NCBI GenBank assembly: GCA_043815505.1 | Contig: JBDRIV010000002.1 | Coordinates: forward strand, 182,943-246,942 | Reading direction: 5' to 3' | Length of the DNA stretch: 64,000 bases | Source of the DNA: a bacterium | GTDB lineage: Bacteria; Patescibacteriota; JABMPQ01; JBDRIV01 | Part shown: one piece after another, positions 11,264-24,068 of the stretch | Layout: each line of letters begins with the position of its first letter | How positions within the stretch are numbered: the stretch's first letter is position 1 | The notes under the pieces: model-generated | Told to the model about the DNA's origin: nothing | The model's database searches: none | Seen by the model: the letters and a program-made list of their open reading frames with translations, nothing else | Position numbers and translations under genes: made by a program

Positions 11264-11964
11264 TGGCAAACAACGATGGTTTAAAAATGGTTTCTGGATA
11301 TGGAAATTTAATCTACGGTGTTCTAATTGTGGTCTTACTTATTGGTGGCTATTTTTTGCTTAAACCACAATACAATTCTTATCAGGAAAACGAAACAGCC
11401 ATCGAAGAAAAAACGGCCGTAGTAGAAAGTCAGGATAAAATATATCAAGATATGATTCGCCTTAAAAAGCAGTATGAAAGTGTTTCAACTAAAGCAGTTG
11501 CCGAATTAACCAACTTTTTACCAGAAGAAGACTTGGCTGAAGAAACCATGTTAAAACTGGACGGGATTGCTACTGACAATAGTATGTTAATTTCCGATTA
11601 TGGTTTCACCAAAGAAATCGTAGTTGATAATAGTTCCAGTGATTCAACAGAAGCCACAGCAACTTTAGACAACGATTTAGAGGATGATTTATTATTGGAA
11701 GAAACAACAACAGAAATCATCACCACTGAATACAAAGAAAAAAGTTTAGCCCAATTATCATTAAGTCTTACAGCAGAAGGTTCATACGAAAACTTCAAAA
11801 ACTTCTTATCAGAAATTCAGGACAATTTAAGACTTTATGAAATATCTTCTTTTACCTTTGCTGAAAGTTCAACTGAAGAAAATGTAACAGGTGTTTATAC
11901 CTATCAAATTAATCTTTACACATATTATTTAACTGACGAAGAAATAACAGCTTCAGCAAAATAA
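11263..11964 (+). CDS. pilO: PilO-like fimbrial assembly protein
   Basis: TM helix, coiled coil, FLPEE and GSYENFKNFLSEIQDNLRL motif. Confidence 0.85.
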   Translation: MANNDGLKMVSGYGNLIYGVLIVVLLIGGYFLLKPQYNSYQENETAIEEKTAVVESQDKIYQDMIRLKKQYESVSTKAVAELTNFLPEEDLAEETMLKLDGIATDNSMLISDYGFTKEIVVDNSSSDSTEATATLDNDLEDDLLLEETTTEIITTEYKEKSLAQLSLSLTAEGSYENFKNFLSEIQDNLRLYEISSFTFAESSTEENVTGVYTYQINLYTYYLTDEEITASAK

Positions 11965-12275
11965 TGAATATTTATAGCAATAAACAATCACAAAAAGGAG
12001 TATCTAGGCAGGTTATACTGGTTGTAATTTTAATTGTGTTAATTGTTGGTTTTGGCTTTTTTTGGTATTTCACATCCCGAGAAGGAGGATTTAGTTTATT
12101 TTCATCAAGTGAAGATGAATTTTTGGGAACAAAAACAGAAATTCGTTTAGCACCAATTGATGCCAATTTAAATGATGGTGTATTAGATGATGAAAGATTT
12201 AAAGCTCTAAAAGAAGGCGAAGACATTAAAATTGAAGTGGGCGAAACTGGCAGAGACAATCCTTTTGTACAATAA
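11964..12275 (+). CDS. small membrane protein in the PilP position
   Basis: One TM helix and C-terminal GRDNPF (similar to the PilP RDPF motif); overlaps the pilO stop. Confidence 0.7.
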   Translation: MNIYSNKQSQKGVSRQVILVVILIVLIVGFGFFWYFTSREGGFSLFSSSEDEFLGTKTEIRLAPIDANLNDGVLDDERFKALKEGEDIKIEVGETGRDNPFVQ

Positions 12276-12329
12276 AAGCAGCTCAAAGATTAAAAACAAG
12301 AGTTAGCTTTTGGAATTTGATCTACTTTT

Positions 12330-14195
12330 ATGTCTAATACAAATAGTAATTCAAAAAACCTGGCCAGCATTTTGCTGGCCCGTGGTAATATTACCCAGGC
12401 TCAACATGACGAGTTTTTGAAAGAGGCGGAAAAGCCCAACATTTCTCTAACTCAGTTAATTAAGGAGTCTGGTTTTGTGCAACCACGCGATTATGCTGAA
12501 GCTAGAGCCGAACTTTTGGAAATTCCTTTTATGGATTTACAAGGCAAACAATTGACTGACGATATTTTAAGTCTCATACCTTATGACGTGGCTTCTAATT
12601 ATCAGTTAGTTCCTTTTGATATTAAGAACAAGGTAATGAAAATAGCCATGCTTGATCCGGAAAATTTTAAAGCTATTGAAGCTTTAGAATTTGTTACCAA
12701 AAATAGTGGCTATGACACAGAAATTTATCTAACATACAAAGACAGTTACGAATTTGTAATTAAACAATACGCCAGCTTAAAATCAGAAATTGGCCAAGCT
12801 TTAGCTAATGCTGACATTGGTTTTAGCAAAACAAAAAAAGAAAAAGAAGCGGATAAAGAACAAATTGATATTACCGAACGTGACAAAGAATTGGAAAAAG
12901 TTATTCAGGAAGCACCAATTTCTAAAGCTGTGGCTGTTATTCTGCGTCACGCAGTTGATGGTCGTGCTTCTGATATTCATATCGAACCCATGGAAGATGA
13001 ATCTAAGGTTCGTTATCGTGTTGATGGTGTTTTGCATTCAACTTTAAAACTTCCTAAAGAAGTTCACTCGGCTATAATTTCTCGCATAAAAATTCTTTCC
13101 AATTTGAGAATTGATGAACAAAGAGTTCCCCAAGATGGTCGTTTTCGTTCTATAATTGATGGTAAAGACATTGACTTTCGTGTTTCCACTTTACCAATTG
13201 TAAATGGTGAAAAAGTGGTAATGCGTATTTTGGACAAATCGGAAGGTATTAAATCTTTGGAAGATCTGGGACTTTATGGTCGCGAACTAAAAATTATTCA
13301 GGAAAGTTCCAAAACTCCCCACGGAACAATTTTGGTTACTGGACCAACTGGTTCTGGTAAATCCACCACCCTTTATTCCGTGCTTTCAATTTTAAATGCA
13401 GAAGGTGTAAATATAATTACTTTGGAAGATCCAGTCGAATATTTTATTCCGGGAATAAATCAATCACAAATTCGTCCCGAAGTTGGTTTAAGTTTTGCTT
13501 CTGGTTTGCGTTCCATTTTACGTCAGGATCCAGACATTATAATGGTCGGTGAGATTCGCGATAATGAAACTGCAGAAATGGCTGTACACGCTGCTCTAAC
13601 TGGTCACTTAGTGCTTTCAACTCTACACACCAACAATGCTATTGGTGCCATTCCCCGTTTAATAGACATGGACATTGAACCTTTCTTATTAACAGCTGCT
13701 TTAACGGTAGTTTTGGCCCAACGTTTGGTAAGAAGCATATGTGATGGTTGCAAAGAAGAAATAGAAATTCCAGGCAATTTTAAATCAGAATTTGAAAAAG
13801 AAATTGAAGATATTAAAAAGGTCAGTCGCAAAGATATAAAAATTCCGAAAATGCGCATGTTTAAAGGAAAAGGTTGCCCTAAATGTGGTGGGCAAGGTTA
13901 CAAAGGTAGAATTGGAATTTTTGAGGTTTTACCCGTTACGCAAGCAATTCGCGATCTGATGGTTACTAATGCGACAGAAGATGCTATAATGGAGAAAGCT
14001 GTAGAAGAAGGATTTTTGAATATGAAGCAAAATGGTATATTGAAAGTATTTCAAGGATTGACTACAATGGAAGAGATAATACGTGTTACCAAAGCCGAAG
14101 AGGAGGATATAACAACAAATTTGCAGGAGGAAGCAAAAGAAAAACCATTAATAACACAAAATGGCGGAGAAGAAGCAACCTCTAAAGAACAATAA
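12330..14195 (+). CDS. pilB: type IV pilus extension ATPase PilB/GspE
   Basis: ASDIHIEP, GPTGSGKSTT, LRQDPDIIMVGEIRD, tetra-Cys zinc motif CDGC...CPKC. Confidence 0.95.
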   Translation: MSNTNSNSKNLASILLARGNITQAQHDEFLKEAEKPNISLTQLIKESGFVQPRDYAEARAELLEIPFMDLQGKQLTDDILSLIPYDVASNYQLVPFDIKNKVMKIAMLDPENFKAIEALEFVTKNSGYDTEIYLTYKDSYEFVIKQYASLKSEIGQALANADIGFSKTKKEKEADKEQIDITERDKELEKVIQEAPISKAVAVILRHAVDGRASDIHIEPMEDESKVRYRVDGVLHSTLKLPKEVHSAIISRIKILSNLRIDEQRVPQDGRFRSIIDGKDIDFRVSTLPIVNGEKVVMRILDKSEGIKSLEDLGLYGRELKIIQESSKTPHGTILVTGPTGSGKSTTLYSVLSILNAEGVNIITLEDPVEYFIPGINQSQIRPEVGLSFASGLRSILRQDPDIIMVGEIRDNETAEMAVHAALTGHLVLSTLHTNNAIGAIPRLIDMDIEPFLLTAALTVVLAQRLVRSICDGCKEEIEIPGNFKSEFEKEIEDIKKVSRKDIKIPKMRMFKGKGCPKCGGQGYKGRIGIFEVLPVTQAIRDLMVTNATEDAIMEKAVEEGFLNMKQNGILKVFQGLTTMEEIIRVTKAEEEDITTNLQEEAKEKPLITQNGGEEATSKEQ

Positions 14196-14565
14196 TAAAA
14201 TTAAAATTGTTATTGTTGAAGATGATCCATTTCTATTGGGTATGTATGTTACCAAATTGGAAATGACTGGATTCGATGTGTCCGGAGTTGAAGACGGCAA
14301 AGAAGCTGTACCGATGGTAGAAAAAGAAATGCCGGATTTAGTCCTTTTGGATATAATTTTACCAAATGTTGATGGTTTCGAAATTTTAAAAAAATTGAAA
14401 AAACAAGATTCCACTAAAGATATTCCCATAATTATTTTCACCAATCTTGGTCAGCAAGCAGATGTTGAAAAGGGGTTAGAACTAGGAGCGGTGGATTATT
14501 TAATCAAAGCCCATTTCACACCATCAGAAGTTATTGAAAAAGTAAATAGAATAATTAAAAAATAA
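14161..14565 (+). CDS. single-domain response regulator (CheY-like receiver)
   Basis: IVEDD, DLVLLDIILP, FTN, YLIKAHFTP; no output domain. Confidence 0.93.
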   Translation: MAEKKQPLKNNNKIKIVIVEDDPFLLGMYVTKLEMTGFDVSGVEDGKEAVPMVEKEMPDLVLLDIILPNVDGFEILKKLKKQDSTKDIPIIIFTNLGQQADVEKGLELGAVDYLIKAHFTPSEVIEKVNRIIKK

Positions 14566-14576
14566 AATCAAAACAC

Positions 14577-15656
14577 ATGTCAACCAAAGGAATTTTTGCT
14601 GGTGCATCCATCAGTGAATATTTAACAAATGTTGCAAAAAAAGGCGCTTCCGATTTACATATTAATGTTGGTAAGCCTCCTGTTTATCGTATTGACGATG
14701 AGTTAGTTCAGGGTAATTCTCCTGTGCTCACTCCCGATCAAACTAAAGACTTGCTTTTTCATTTGCTTTCACCCGATCAACTAAAACGTCTAGAAAAAGA
14801 AAAAGAATTGGATTTTGCTTATTGTCATGAAGATAAGTTGCGTTTTCGTGCCAATGTTTATTATCAAAGCGGATATTTGTCTGGAGCTTTTCGATTAATT
14901 CCCAATGAAATTAAAACTTTGGAACAATTGAATTTACCTCAAGTTTTAGCAAAATTTCCCGAACACCAACAAGGTTTTGTTTTATGCGTTGGTCCGATGG
15001 GACATGGTAAATCAACTACGTTGGCTTCTTTAATTAATATGATTAACAAAAATCGCAACGACCATATTGTTACCATTGAAGATCCAATTGAATATGTTTT
15101 TACGCCAGAGAAATGTATAATTGATCAACGAGAATTGTATCGCGATACCAATTCTTTTCCCCGCGCCTTAAAATCTGTTTTGCGTGAAGATACCGACGTC
15201 GTTATGGTTGGGGAAATGCGTGATTTGGAAACTATGGCAGCAGCTGTAACGTTAGCAGAAACTGGTCATTTAGTTTTTTCAACTCTTCACACTAACGATG
15301 CTCCCCAAGCTATTGATAGAATAATTGATGCTTTTCCTCCTCATCAGCAAAACCAAATTAGAATGCAAATCGCTAATACTTTATTAGGTGTAATTTCTCA
15401 ACGCTTGATTCCGCGTATTGGTGGTGGCAGAATCGCTGCTCTAGAAATTATGATGAGTAACGCCGCCGTTAGAAACCTGATTCGCGAAAACAAAGTTCAC
15501 CAAATAAAATCTGTTATTCAAACATCGGCTGAAGAAGATATGATTTCTATGGACAAATCACTGGCTAATTTGGTGGCCAGCGGTGATATTCAAATGGAAG
15601 ATGCTCTAGCCTTTACAACTGATCAAAGGAATTTTGAATTATTAATGAAGGATTAA
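14577..15656 (+). CDS. pilT: type IV pilus retraction ATPase PilT
   Basis: ASDLH, GPMGHGKSTT, TIEDPIE, VGEMRD and the PilT-type AVRNLIRE motif. Confidence 0.93.
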   Translation: MSTKGIFAGASISEYLTNVAKKGASDLHINVGKPPVYRIDDELVQGNSPVLTPDQTKDLLFHLLSPDQLKRLEKEKELDFAYCHEDKLRFRANVYYQSGYLSGAFRLIPNEIKTLEQLNLPQVLAKFPEHQQGFVLCVGPMGHGKSTTLASLINMINKNRNDHIVTIEDPIEYVFTPEKCIIDQRELYRDTNSFPRALKSVLREDTDVVMVGEMRDLETMAAAVTLAETGHLVFSTLHTNDAPQAIDRIIDAFPPHQQNQIRMQIANTLLGVISQRLIPRIGGGRIAALEIMMSNAAVRNLIRENKVHQIKSVIQTSAEEDMISMDKSLANLVASGDIQMEDALAFTTDQRNFELLMKD

Positions 15657-16867
15657 TGCCCGTATTTGCTTATCAAGGAAGAGATTCCGAAGGAAAAATT
15701 AAAGCGGGGAAAATTGACGCTTCCTCACCCAAGGCTGCTAGAGAGCAACTACAAGGTCGAGGTATTATAATAACTGCTTTGCAATTGCAAAGTACGGAAA
15801 ATTTTAAGGATGGTTTGGAAAAAATATTAAATCGCGTTAAAGGAAAAGATATAGCCGCTTTTGCCAGACAATTTGCCACCATGATTGAAGCTGGCTTACC
15901 TCTGGTGCAGGCAATTAATGTATTACGCGATCAAACCGACAACCCCTATTTTAAAAGAGTTATTCAACAAATAGTCATTGATATTGAAGGCGGTACTAAA
16001 TTATCGGTGGCGATGCAACAGTATCCCAATATTTTTACAGAGTTTTTTATCGCTTTAATTAGAACTGGTGAAACTTCCGGACGTTTATCAGAAGTTTTAG
16101 TTTATTTAGCTGATCAACTGGAAAGAGACGAAATGATAAAATCCGAAATTAGAGGCGCTCTTACTTATCCTATATTTATTTTTTCTGTCATGATTGTTAT
16201 GGGAATGTATGTTTTTATAGCTATTATTCCCCAGCTAGAAGATGTTTTAACTCAAGGCGGGGTGGAATTGCCGATTCAAACAAAAATAATGGTTGCCATT
16301 TCTCATGTATTAGCTTCTTGGTGGTGGCTAATCATTATTGGTTTGGTTATTAGTGTTTCTATGATTGTTTATTACATTCGCCGAACAATAACTGGTAGAA
16401 CGCAATGGGATGCCTTAAAATTACACCTCCCAATTTCCGGCAAGTTTTCCACTCAACTTTATATGGCCAGATTTGGCAGAAGTTTATCCACCTTGTTGAT
16501 TGGTGGCCTTTCCATTGTGCAGGCAATTATTATTGTTTCTGATGTGGTTAACAATGTAATTTACAAAAACATATTTTTAGATGCAGCTAACAAAGTAAAA
16601 AATGGTGATTCCATTACCGATTCTTTTAAAGGTAAGAAAGAAATTCCTAATTTGGTAACGCAATTGGTGAACGTAGGTGAAAAAACAGGGCGCTTATCCG
16701 ATGTGTTAAAAAAACTGGCAGATTTTTATGAAGATTCTGTAACGCGAGCCATTAAGAATATGGTAAAGTTAATTGAACCGTTTCTAATTGCTCTAATTGG
16801 TGTAGCGATTGGGTTTGTAGTAATTTCGATTATTCAGCCTATTTATTCCATCAGTTCCGCTTTTTAA
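15656..16867 (+). CDS. pilC: type IV pilus platform protein PilC/GspF
   Basis: ARQFATMIEAGLPL, GETSGRL, ALTYP, GEKTGRL, LIEP. Confidence 0.95.
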   Translation: MPVFAYQGRDSEGKIKAGKIDASSPKAAREQLQGRGIIITALQLQSTENFKDGLEKILNRVKGKDIAAFARQFATMIEAGLPLVQAINVLRDQTDNPYFKRVIQQIVIDIEGGTKLSVAMQQYPNIFTEFFIALIRTGETSGRLSEVLVYLADQLERDEMIKSEIRGALTYPIFIFSVMIVMGMYVFIAIIPQLEDVLTQGGVELPIQTKIMVAISHVLASWWWLIIIGLVISVSMIVYYIRRTITGRTQWDALKLHLPISGKFSTQLYMARFGRSLSTLLIGGLSIVQAIIIVSDVVNNVIYKNIFLDAANKVKNGDSITDSFKGKKEIPNLVTQLVNVGEKTGRLSDVLKKLADFYEDSVTRAIKNMVKLIEPFLIALIGVAIGFVVISIIQPIYSISSAF

Positions 16868-16877
16868 AATAAACAAG

Positions 16878-16938
16878 TGTACAAAACATTAAATATTTGC
16901 TATAATATAATAAAATCTACTCATCGAAAGGAGGTGAG
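16878..16938 (+). promoter_or_regulatory. sigma70 promoter and strong SD for the first pilin
   Basis: TGTACA-N17-TATAAT (16901-16906) with extended TG; SD AAAGGAGGTGA before ATG 16945. Confidence 0.65.
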
Positions 16939-16944
16939 AAAAAA

Positions 16945-17382
16945 ATGAAAAACAAAAAAGTTATGGGTTTTACCCTTATTGAGCTCTTGGTAGTTATCGC
17001 TATCATCGCTATTCTCGCCGCTGTTGTGTTGGTTGCTTTAGGAAACGCTCGTGCTGGCGCTCGTGATGCATCACGCAAGAGCGATCTTAATTCAATGATG
17101 ACGGCTGCTGAATTGTATCTTACAGGTGATTCTGCGCCAACCTACGCTTCTTTAGCTGCCAATGATTGTGGTGCTGCTGGAACATATTTATGTGATTTAG
17201 ATGGTTTAGTTGTTTGTGAAGGTTTAGCATTTCAAACCTATTTGGCAAAAATTCCTGCAGATCCCGGTGGAACACTTCACTACGGTTGCACAGTTACTGC
17301 CAATGATTATACTTTAACAGCGCAACTTGAAGGAGATGGTAATTGGGCATGTAAAAATGGAAGTTGTTATGCAACACCATAA
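16945..17382 (+). CDS. pilA: type IV pilin, probably the major pilin
   Basis: [14 protein letters not shown] prepilin motif; own promoter, strong SD and terminator; six Cys. Confidence 0.88.
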   Translation: MKNKKVMGFTLIELLVVIAIIAILAAVVLVALGNARAGARDASRKSDLNSMMTAAELYLTGDSAPTYASLAANDCGAAGTYLCDLDGLVVCEGLAFQTYLAKIPADPGGTLHYGCTVTANDYTLTAQLEGDGNWACKNGSCYATP

Positions 17383-17399
17383 ATTTGATTGAAATAATT

Positions 17400-17433
17400 A
17401 AAGAAAGTCCTTAAAAAGGGCTTTCTTTTTTTT
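17400..17433 (+). terminator. intrinsic terminator after the first pilin
   Basis: AAAGAAAGTCCTT-AAA-AAGGGCTTTCTTT followed by a T run. Confidence 0.75.
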
Positions 17434-17473
17434 GCAATTATTGTATAATTAATATATAATTAACTTTCTAATT

Positions 17474-18064
17474 ATGCTAATAAACAAACATAAAAACAGA
17501 AAAATTATGGGTTTTACCCTTATTGAGCTCTTGGTAGTTATTGCTATCATCGCTATTCTCGCCGCCGTTGTGTTGGTAGCTGTTGGCAATGCAAGAGAAA
17601 GAGCTAGGGATGCTAAACGTAAGGCTGATCTGGTTGAAGTTTCTAAAGCTATTGAACTTTTTAGGAATTCAGCAGAAACAGATGAATTATTAAACAGACT
17701 TATTCCTGATGGTACTAATTGTGAAAATGCCGATTCAGAAATTTTGTGTGATGGTGACAGAGAGATACGATATCCTGGTGGTTCTAATGAATATTATAGA
17801 CCAATGTGTAACTCGTATTCTTCTGGTAGTGTAGACACTCCAAAAAGTTTTGGTATAAATGGAGGAGAAACTTTTTTAGAACAAATACCTGTTGACCCTA
17901 ACAACGTTTGGGTATCATTACACAGAGAAGCGTATCTGTGTAAGACGGGGACGGGAGTAGGAGACACAATTTTTGATAATAATGGAAATTATAACATTCT
18001 CGTTCTTGACTTAGAAAGTGGCGGTGGCGGTCGGTTTGCATGCAGTAACGGTGGTTGCGAATAA
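17474..18064 (+). CDS. second type IV pilin
   Basis: Same [26 protein letters not shown]-terminus, divergent Cys-containing head. Confidence 0.9.
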   Translation: MLINKHKNRKIMGFTLIELLVVIAIIAILAAVVLVAVGNARERARDAKRKADLVEVSKAIELFRNSAETDELLNRLIPDGTNCENADSEILCDGDREIRYPGGSNEYYRPMCNSYSSGSVDTPKSFGINGGETFLEQIPVDPNNVWVSLHREAYLCKTGTGVGDTIFDNNGNYNILVLDLESGGGGRFACSNGGCE

Positions 18065-18378
18065 AAATGAACATATTTGTTAATAATAAGCGTTTACCAG
18101 CCTTAGTAATAATCTCCTCAATTCTCATACTAATACTTGGTGGATTGATTGCTTATCAATACTGGTATTTGCCAAAACAAACAACTCTTTTCTTTCAAAC
18201 TGAACCATCAGAAGCAACGGTTTATATAGACGGCAAACAAGTTGGTAAAACACCATATGAACAAGATATATGGAAAGGTGAACATACTATAAAATTGGAA
18301 AAAGACGACTTAGTTTATGAAGAAACAGAAAATTATGATCAGTTAATGTATAGTATAAATCGGGTTCTGACAGAATAA
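18055..18378 (+). CDS. PEGA-domain membrane protein
   Basis: TM helix followed by [19 protein letters not shown]...GEHTIKLEK. Confidence 0.85.
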   Translation: MRIKMNIFVNNKRLPALVIISSILILILGGLIAYQYWYLPKQTTLFFQTEPSEATVYIDGKQVGKTPYEQDIWKGEHTIKLEKDDLVYEETENYDQLMYSINRVLTE

Positions 18379-18387
18379 AAAAATCTT

Positions 18388-19218
18388 GTGGAGATATTAA
18401 ACGAATATAAAATACTAATAGCAATATTTATCTTCTTATTCGGACTCGGAATGGGAAGTTTTTTAAATGTGGTGATTTTCCGCGTACCAAAGAAAATTTC
18501 GGTAAATAAATCACGTTCTGCCTGCCCATATTGCCATCGCCAACTGACTTGGTATGACCTAATTCCTTTACTAAGTTTTCTGTTGCTTAAAGGGCGTTGT
18601 CGCTACTGCCAAAAGAAAATATCTTGGCAATATCCCATTGTCGAATTTATTACCGCTACATTGTTTGTAGTTTTATTTCTTTTTCCACCACTAAACGGAA
18701 CCAGTCAGATTTTTGATTTAGTATACTTATTTGCAATTTGCTCTTTGCTTTTAGCTCTCTTCGTGATTGATTTAAAAACCTATTTGCTCCCGAATGTTCT
18801 AACATTTTTAGGAATTGCTATTTCTATAATTTATTTGTTGATAGAAGATATTATTTTATTTGCCAATCAAACAAATATAGAAATTTTAGACTGGCATATT
18901 GTAAATGGATTATTGGCAGCAATAATCGGCGGTGGCTTCTTTTGGATTTTATATTTCTTTTCCAAAGAGAAATGGATGGGCGGTGGCGATGTGAAGCTGG
19001 TAATTTTGATGGGATTATTTTTAGGATACCCAGTAATTCTAATTGCCTTGTTTATTGCCTTTTTTACCGGCGCTATTTTTGGTTTAGTTCTAATTGCGCT
19101 GGGAAAGAAGAAAATGAGCTCCAAAATACCATTTGGCACCTTTTTAGTACCAGGGACTCTAATCGCTTTATTCTACGGCCAAGCAGTAATTGATTGGTAT
19201 TTGGGGATGATTTTATAG
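18388..19218 (+). CDS. pilD: prepilin peptidase PilD
   Basis: GSFLNVVIFR, RSACPYC, KGRCRYC, IDLK, MGGGDVKL, IPFG. Confidence 0.95.
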   Translation: MEILNEYKILIAIFIFLFGLGMGSFLNVVIFRVPKKISVNKSRSACPYCHRQLTWYDLIPLLSFLLLKGRCRYCQKKISWQYPIVEFITATLFVVLFLFPPLNGTSQIFDLVYLFAICSLLLALFVIDLKTYLLPNVLTFLGIAISIIYLLIEDIILFANQTNIEILDWHIVNGLLAAIIGGGFFWILYFFSKEKWMGGGDVKLVILMGLFLGYPVILIALFIAFFTGAIFGLVLIALGKKKMSSKIPFGTFLVPGTLIALFYGQAVIDWYLGMIL

Positions 19219-19270
19219 CCTAGGCAAAAGAACGATTTTATTGTAAAATAAAAGTACTTAGTTCCTCATT

Positions 19271-19921
19271 ATGGAAAAAAACAAAAAAACATCAAAAGGA
19301 TTTACACTCGTAGAATTACTCGTTTTTGTAGCTATTTTAGCTATCGTTTCAGTTACAGTTACAGTTTCTTATAGAGAAACTGCCAAAAAGGAATTTGTGT
19401 ATTCCGAAGCACAAAAATTAGCGCAATTCATTCGTAAAGCACAAAACAATACAGTTAATGGAATTGAGTGTGTGGAAGATCCTGTTTATGGAAATGGGCC
19501 AACCGCACCAAATTGTATTACAGACAAACCACCGGAATGGGGTTATGCTGTTTTGATTGATGAGTCACTTAGTAATATTGCACGAATGCGAGGAAATTTT
19601 GGTAATTCAGGGATTGTTGCCGAAGAAGATCCAATTGTTGAAGTTCTTACATTGGACACCGATACATCTCTGTCACCCGGATCTATTTCCAAAGGGGTTG
19701 TATTTGAAAGACCGTATGGGAATCCAATTTATCGGGGGAATCATGATCCTTGGATTGGTGATTGTGCCTACACTGTAGAATACGCTAATGATCCAAGAGA
19801 TTCCTATTATGTATATATTAATGGCGAATCAGGAAGAATATTTATAAGCGATGATCCAAGTTTAGAGCATGAGGCTTGTGATCCAGAATTTGGCGGAACA
19901 CTAAAAGATGGAGAAAAATAA
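19271..19921 (+). CDS. minor pilin (FimT/GspH-like)
   Basis: GFTLVELL prepilin motif; first of the minor pilin set. Confidence 0.85.
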   Translation: MEKNKKTSKGFTLVELLVFVAILAIVSVTVTVSYRETAKKEFVYSEAQKLAQFIRKAQNNTVNGIECVEDPVYGNGPTAPNCITDKPPEWGYAVLIDESLSNIARMRGNFGNSGIVAEEDPIVEVLTLDTDTSLSPGSISKGVVFERPYGNPIYRGNHDPWIGDCAYTVEYANDPRDSYYVYINGESGRIFISDDPSLEHEACDPEFGGTLKDGEK

Positions 19922-20495
19922 AAATAATATGATAACTTTTAAAAATAAAAAAGGATTTACATTAATTGAGGTTATGGTAGTAACCGTTGTTTTAGTTGTG
20001 GGGTTGCTCGGGATTTTAGGAATGTTGGTTTATTCTATTCGCGCCGGGGCGACCAGTCAGAATCGGGCGGTAGCAACCTATTTAGCCCAAGAAGGTTTAG
20101 AAGCTGTTAGAAATATTCGCGATACTAATGTTTTTATTGATGGACCTGAGGCTTGGGATGATAGTTTTAGTGAATCAGATGATGAAAGGTATTACAGAGT
20201 AGAATTTGATTTTAGTTCAAATCGTAAATGGTCATTAGTTGGTGGCGTAGGACCTACACAAAGGTTGAATGAAGCTGCTCCTCAAGCTGGATACAGACTA
20301 TATATAGATCCAGATTTGAATGGATATTGGAACCAAGGAAATACAACTGATGAACCAACAAATTTTTACCGTGAAATAGCTGTTGACAGAGATTCGGCTC
20401 AAGACTTACTTGAAGTAGTTTCTAAGGTTCTCTGGATTGATCAATACGGAACTCACACTATCAAAATGCAAGAAGATTTATATAATTGGTTTTAA
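19908..20495 (+). CDS. minor pilin (PilV-like)
   Basis: GFTLIEVMV and ATYLAQEGLEAVRNIRDTN. Confidence 0.85.
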   Translation: MEKNKNNMITFKNKKGFTLIEVMVVTVVLVVGLLGILGMLVYSIRAGATSQNRAVATYLAQEGLEAVRNIRDTNVFIDGPEAWDDSFSESDDERYYRVEFDFSSNRKWSLVGGVGPTQRLNEAAPQAGYRLYIDPDLNGYWNQGNTTDEPTNFYREIAVDRDSAQDLLEVVSKVLWIDQYGTHTIKMQEDLYNWF

Positions 20496-21101
20496 ATGAA
20501 AAGTTTTAAGAAACAATTTGGTTTTTCAACTATGGAAATGCTCGTGGCAGTAACAATTTTTGCTATTGTTGTAACAGTTGTTACCTCAACTTTTATATGG
20601 ATAATTAGATCCAAAGAAAAAACTGAAACTTTAACTAAAGTTGAACAAGATGCCAGATTCACTCTAGACACTATTGCCAGAACTGTTAGAGAAAGATTTA
20701 TTGATTATAATGCTTATGCGGGCGGAGAAACTTCAGACACAATATGTAGTACAATAAATCTAGAGGATCCATCACAAAACCCGGTACAAATAATTTGTTT
20801 GCTAGGAGAAGAAAATAATTCCGATCCGTTTGTTATTCAATACAAACCGGAGGATAACGAAATAACTTATGGTTATGATCCAATTTTTGATATTATAACA
20901 CCAGAAGATATTGATATTACCAGTTTTTATGCTTACATATCTCCAACAAGTTCACCTTATTTTTTGGCCAATAATCCTCAAGGATCAATTACTATTGTAA
21001 TTGAAGCCACTGCTCCGAACTATCCTGACATGTCTAGTGAATCAGTTCACTTGCAAACTACCGTTTCCGCGCGCGATTATACACGAGCACCAAAAGAATG
21101 A
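20496..21101 (+). CDS. minor pilin (PilW-like)
   Basis: GFSTMEMLV, DARFTLDTIARTVR, C-terminal LQTTVSAR. Confidence 0.85.
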   Translation: MKSFKKQFGFSTMEMLVAVTIFAIVVTVVTSTFIWIIRSKEKTETLTKVEQDARFTLDTIARTVRERFIDYNAYAGGETSDTICSTINLEDPSQNPVQIICLLGEENNSDPFVIQYKPEDNEITYGYDPIFDIITPEDIDITSFYAYISPTSSPYFLANNPQGSITIVIEATAPNYPDMSSESVHLQTTVSARDYTRAPKE

Positions 21102-21898
21102 ACGAAAAAGGTTCTATCATTTTTGGTATAATTATTCTCACAGCTGTTCTGGTTACAGGTATAGCAGCTGGCATTTTAGTTGTGCAAGAGGTTCAACTCA
21201 CAGCCAATTTTGAAAATTCCGTTACTGCTTACTATACAGCCGAATCGGGAATCGAAGACACTTTATATCAAATTAAAGTTGATCCAGAAAGTATTCCCGA
21301 AACGGTTCCAGGAACTGTTTTAGGTGGGGATGGATCATATTTAGTCACAATCACCAATCCACAAACAGATTGTTTGATAAAAGACAAAACTCAACAAATA
21401 TATATAGATAGAACTTTAGACCCAGAGATTAGTTGTGTAAAAATTACTTGGGTTCCTCCACCTGCTCCATATTTAACTTGCGGTTATACTAGCGATACAC
21501 CAAATCCTTGGATAGAATATAAAACTTACAGTGTAAATAATTCTCTTTCAACAAGCGGAGTATTGGTAGAAAAAGACAGCGGTACGGGGTTAACAGATTT
21601 TGGTACTGTTGAAATAAAAAACTTAGAGGCTAATAAAAACTATTATATTCGTTTCAAACCTTTATACAACGATGCGCAAGATGTCGTAGTTGAAGGCTTT
21701 GCTGCCACAGATTGTTCTGGCACAAGTCAATTAATCCATACCGAAATTCAGCTCAATGCCGAGGGAATTTACAATTTCAATATAGACAATAACAGACAAG
21801 CTATCAGAAATATTCAAGTAAACAAAGGTTCCAGCTCACTACATGGTGTTTTCGATTATGCTATCTTTTCTGACTTAGACTTAGAAAAAGCGCCATAA
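21098..21898 (+). CDS. minor pilin (PilX-like)
   Basis: KGSIIF start lacking Glu5, AYYTAESGIE motif. Confidence 0.8.
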   Translation: MNEKGSIIFGIIILTAVLVTGIAAGILVVQEVQLTANFENSVTAYYTAESGIEDTLYQIKVDPESIPETVPGTVLGGDGSYLVTITNPQTDCLIKDKTQQIYIDRTLDPEISCVKITWVPPPAPYLTCGYTSDTPNPWIEYKTYSVNNSLSTSGVLVEKDSGTGLTDFGTVEIKNLEANKNYYIRFKPLYNDAQDVVVEGFAATDCSGTSQLIHTEIQLNAEGIYNFNIDNNRQAIRNIQVNKGSSSLHGVFDYAIFSDLDLEKAP

Positions 21899-21916
21899 AG
21901 AGCTTCAATAAGCTAA

Positions 21917-24043
<2,127 letters not shown>

Positions 24044-24068
24044 AAGTTCTTTTCAGGGAGGAAAAATC

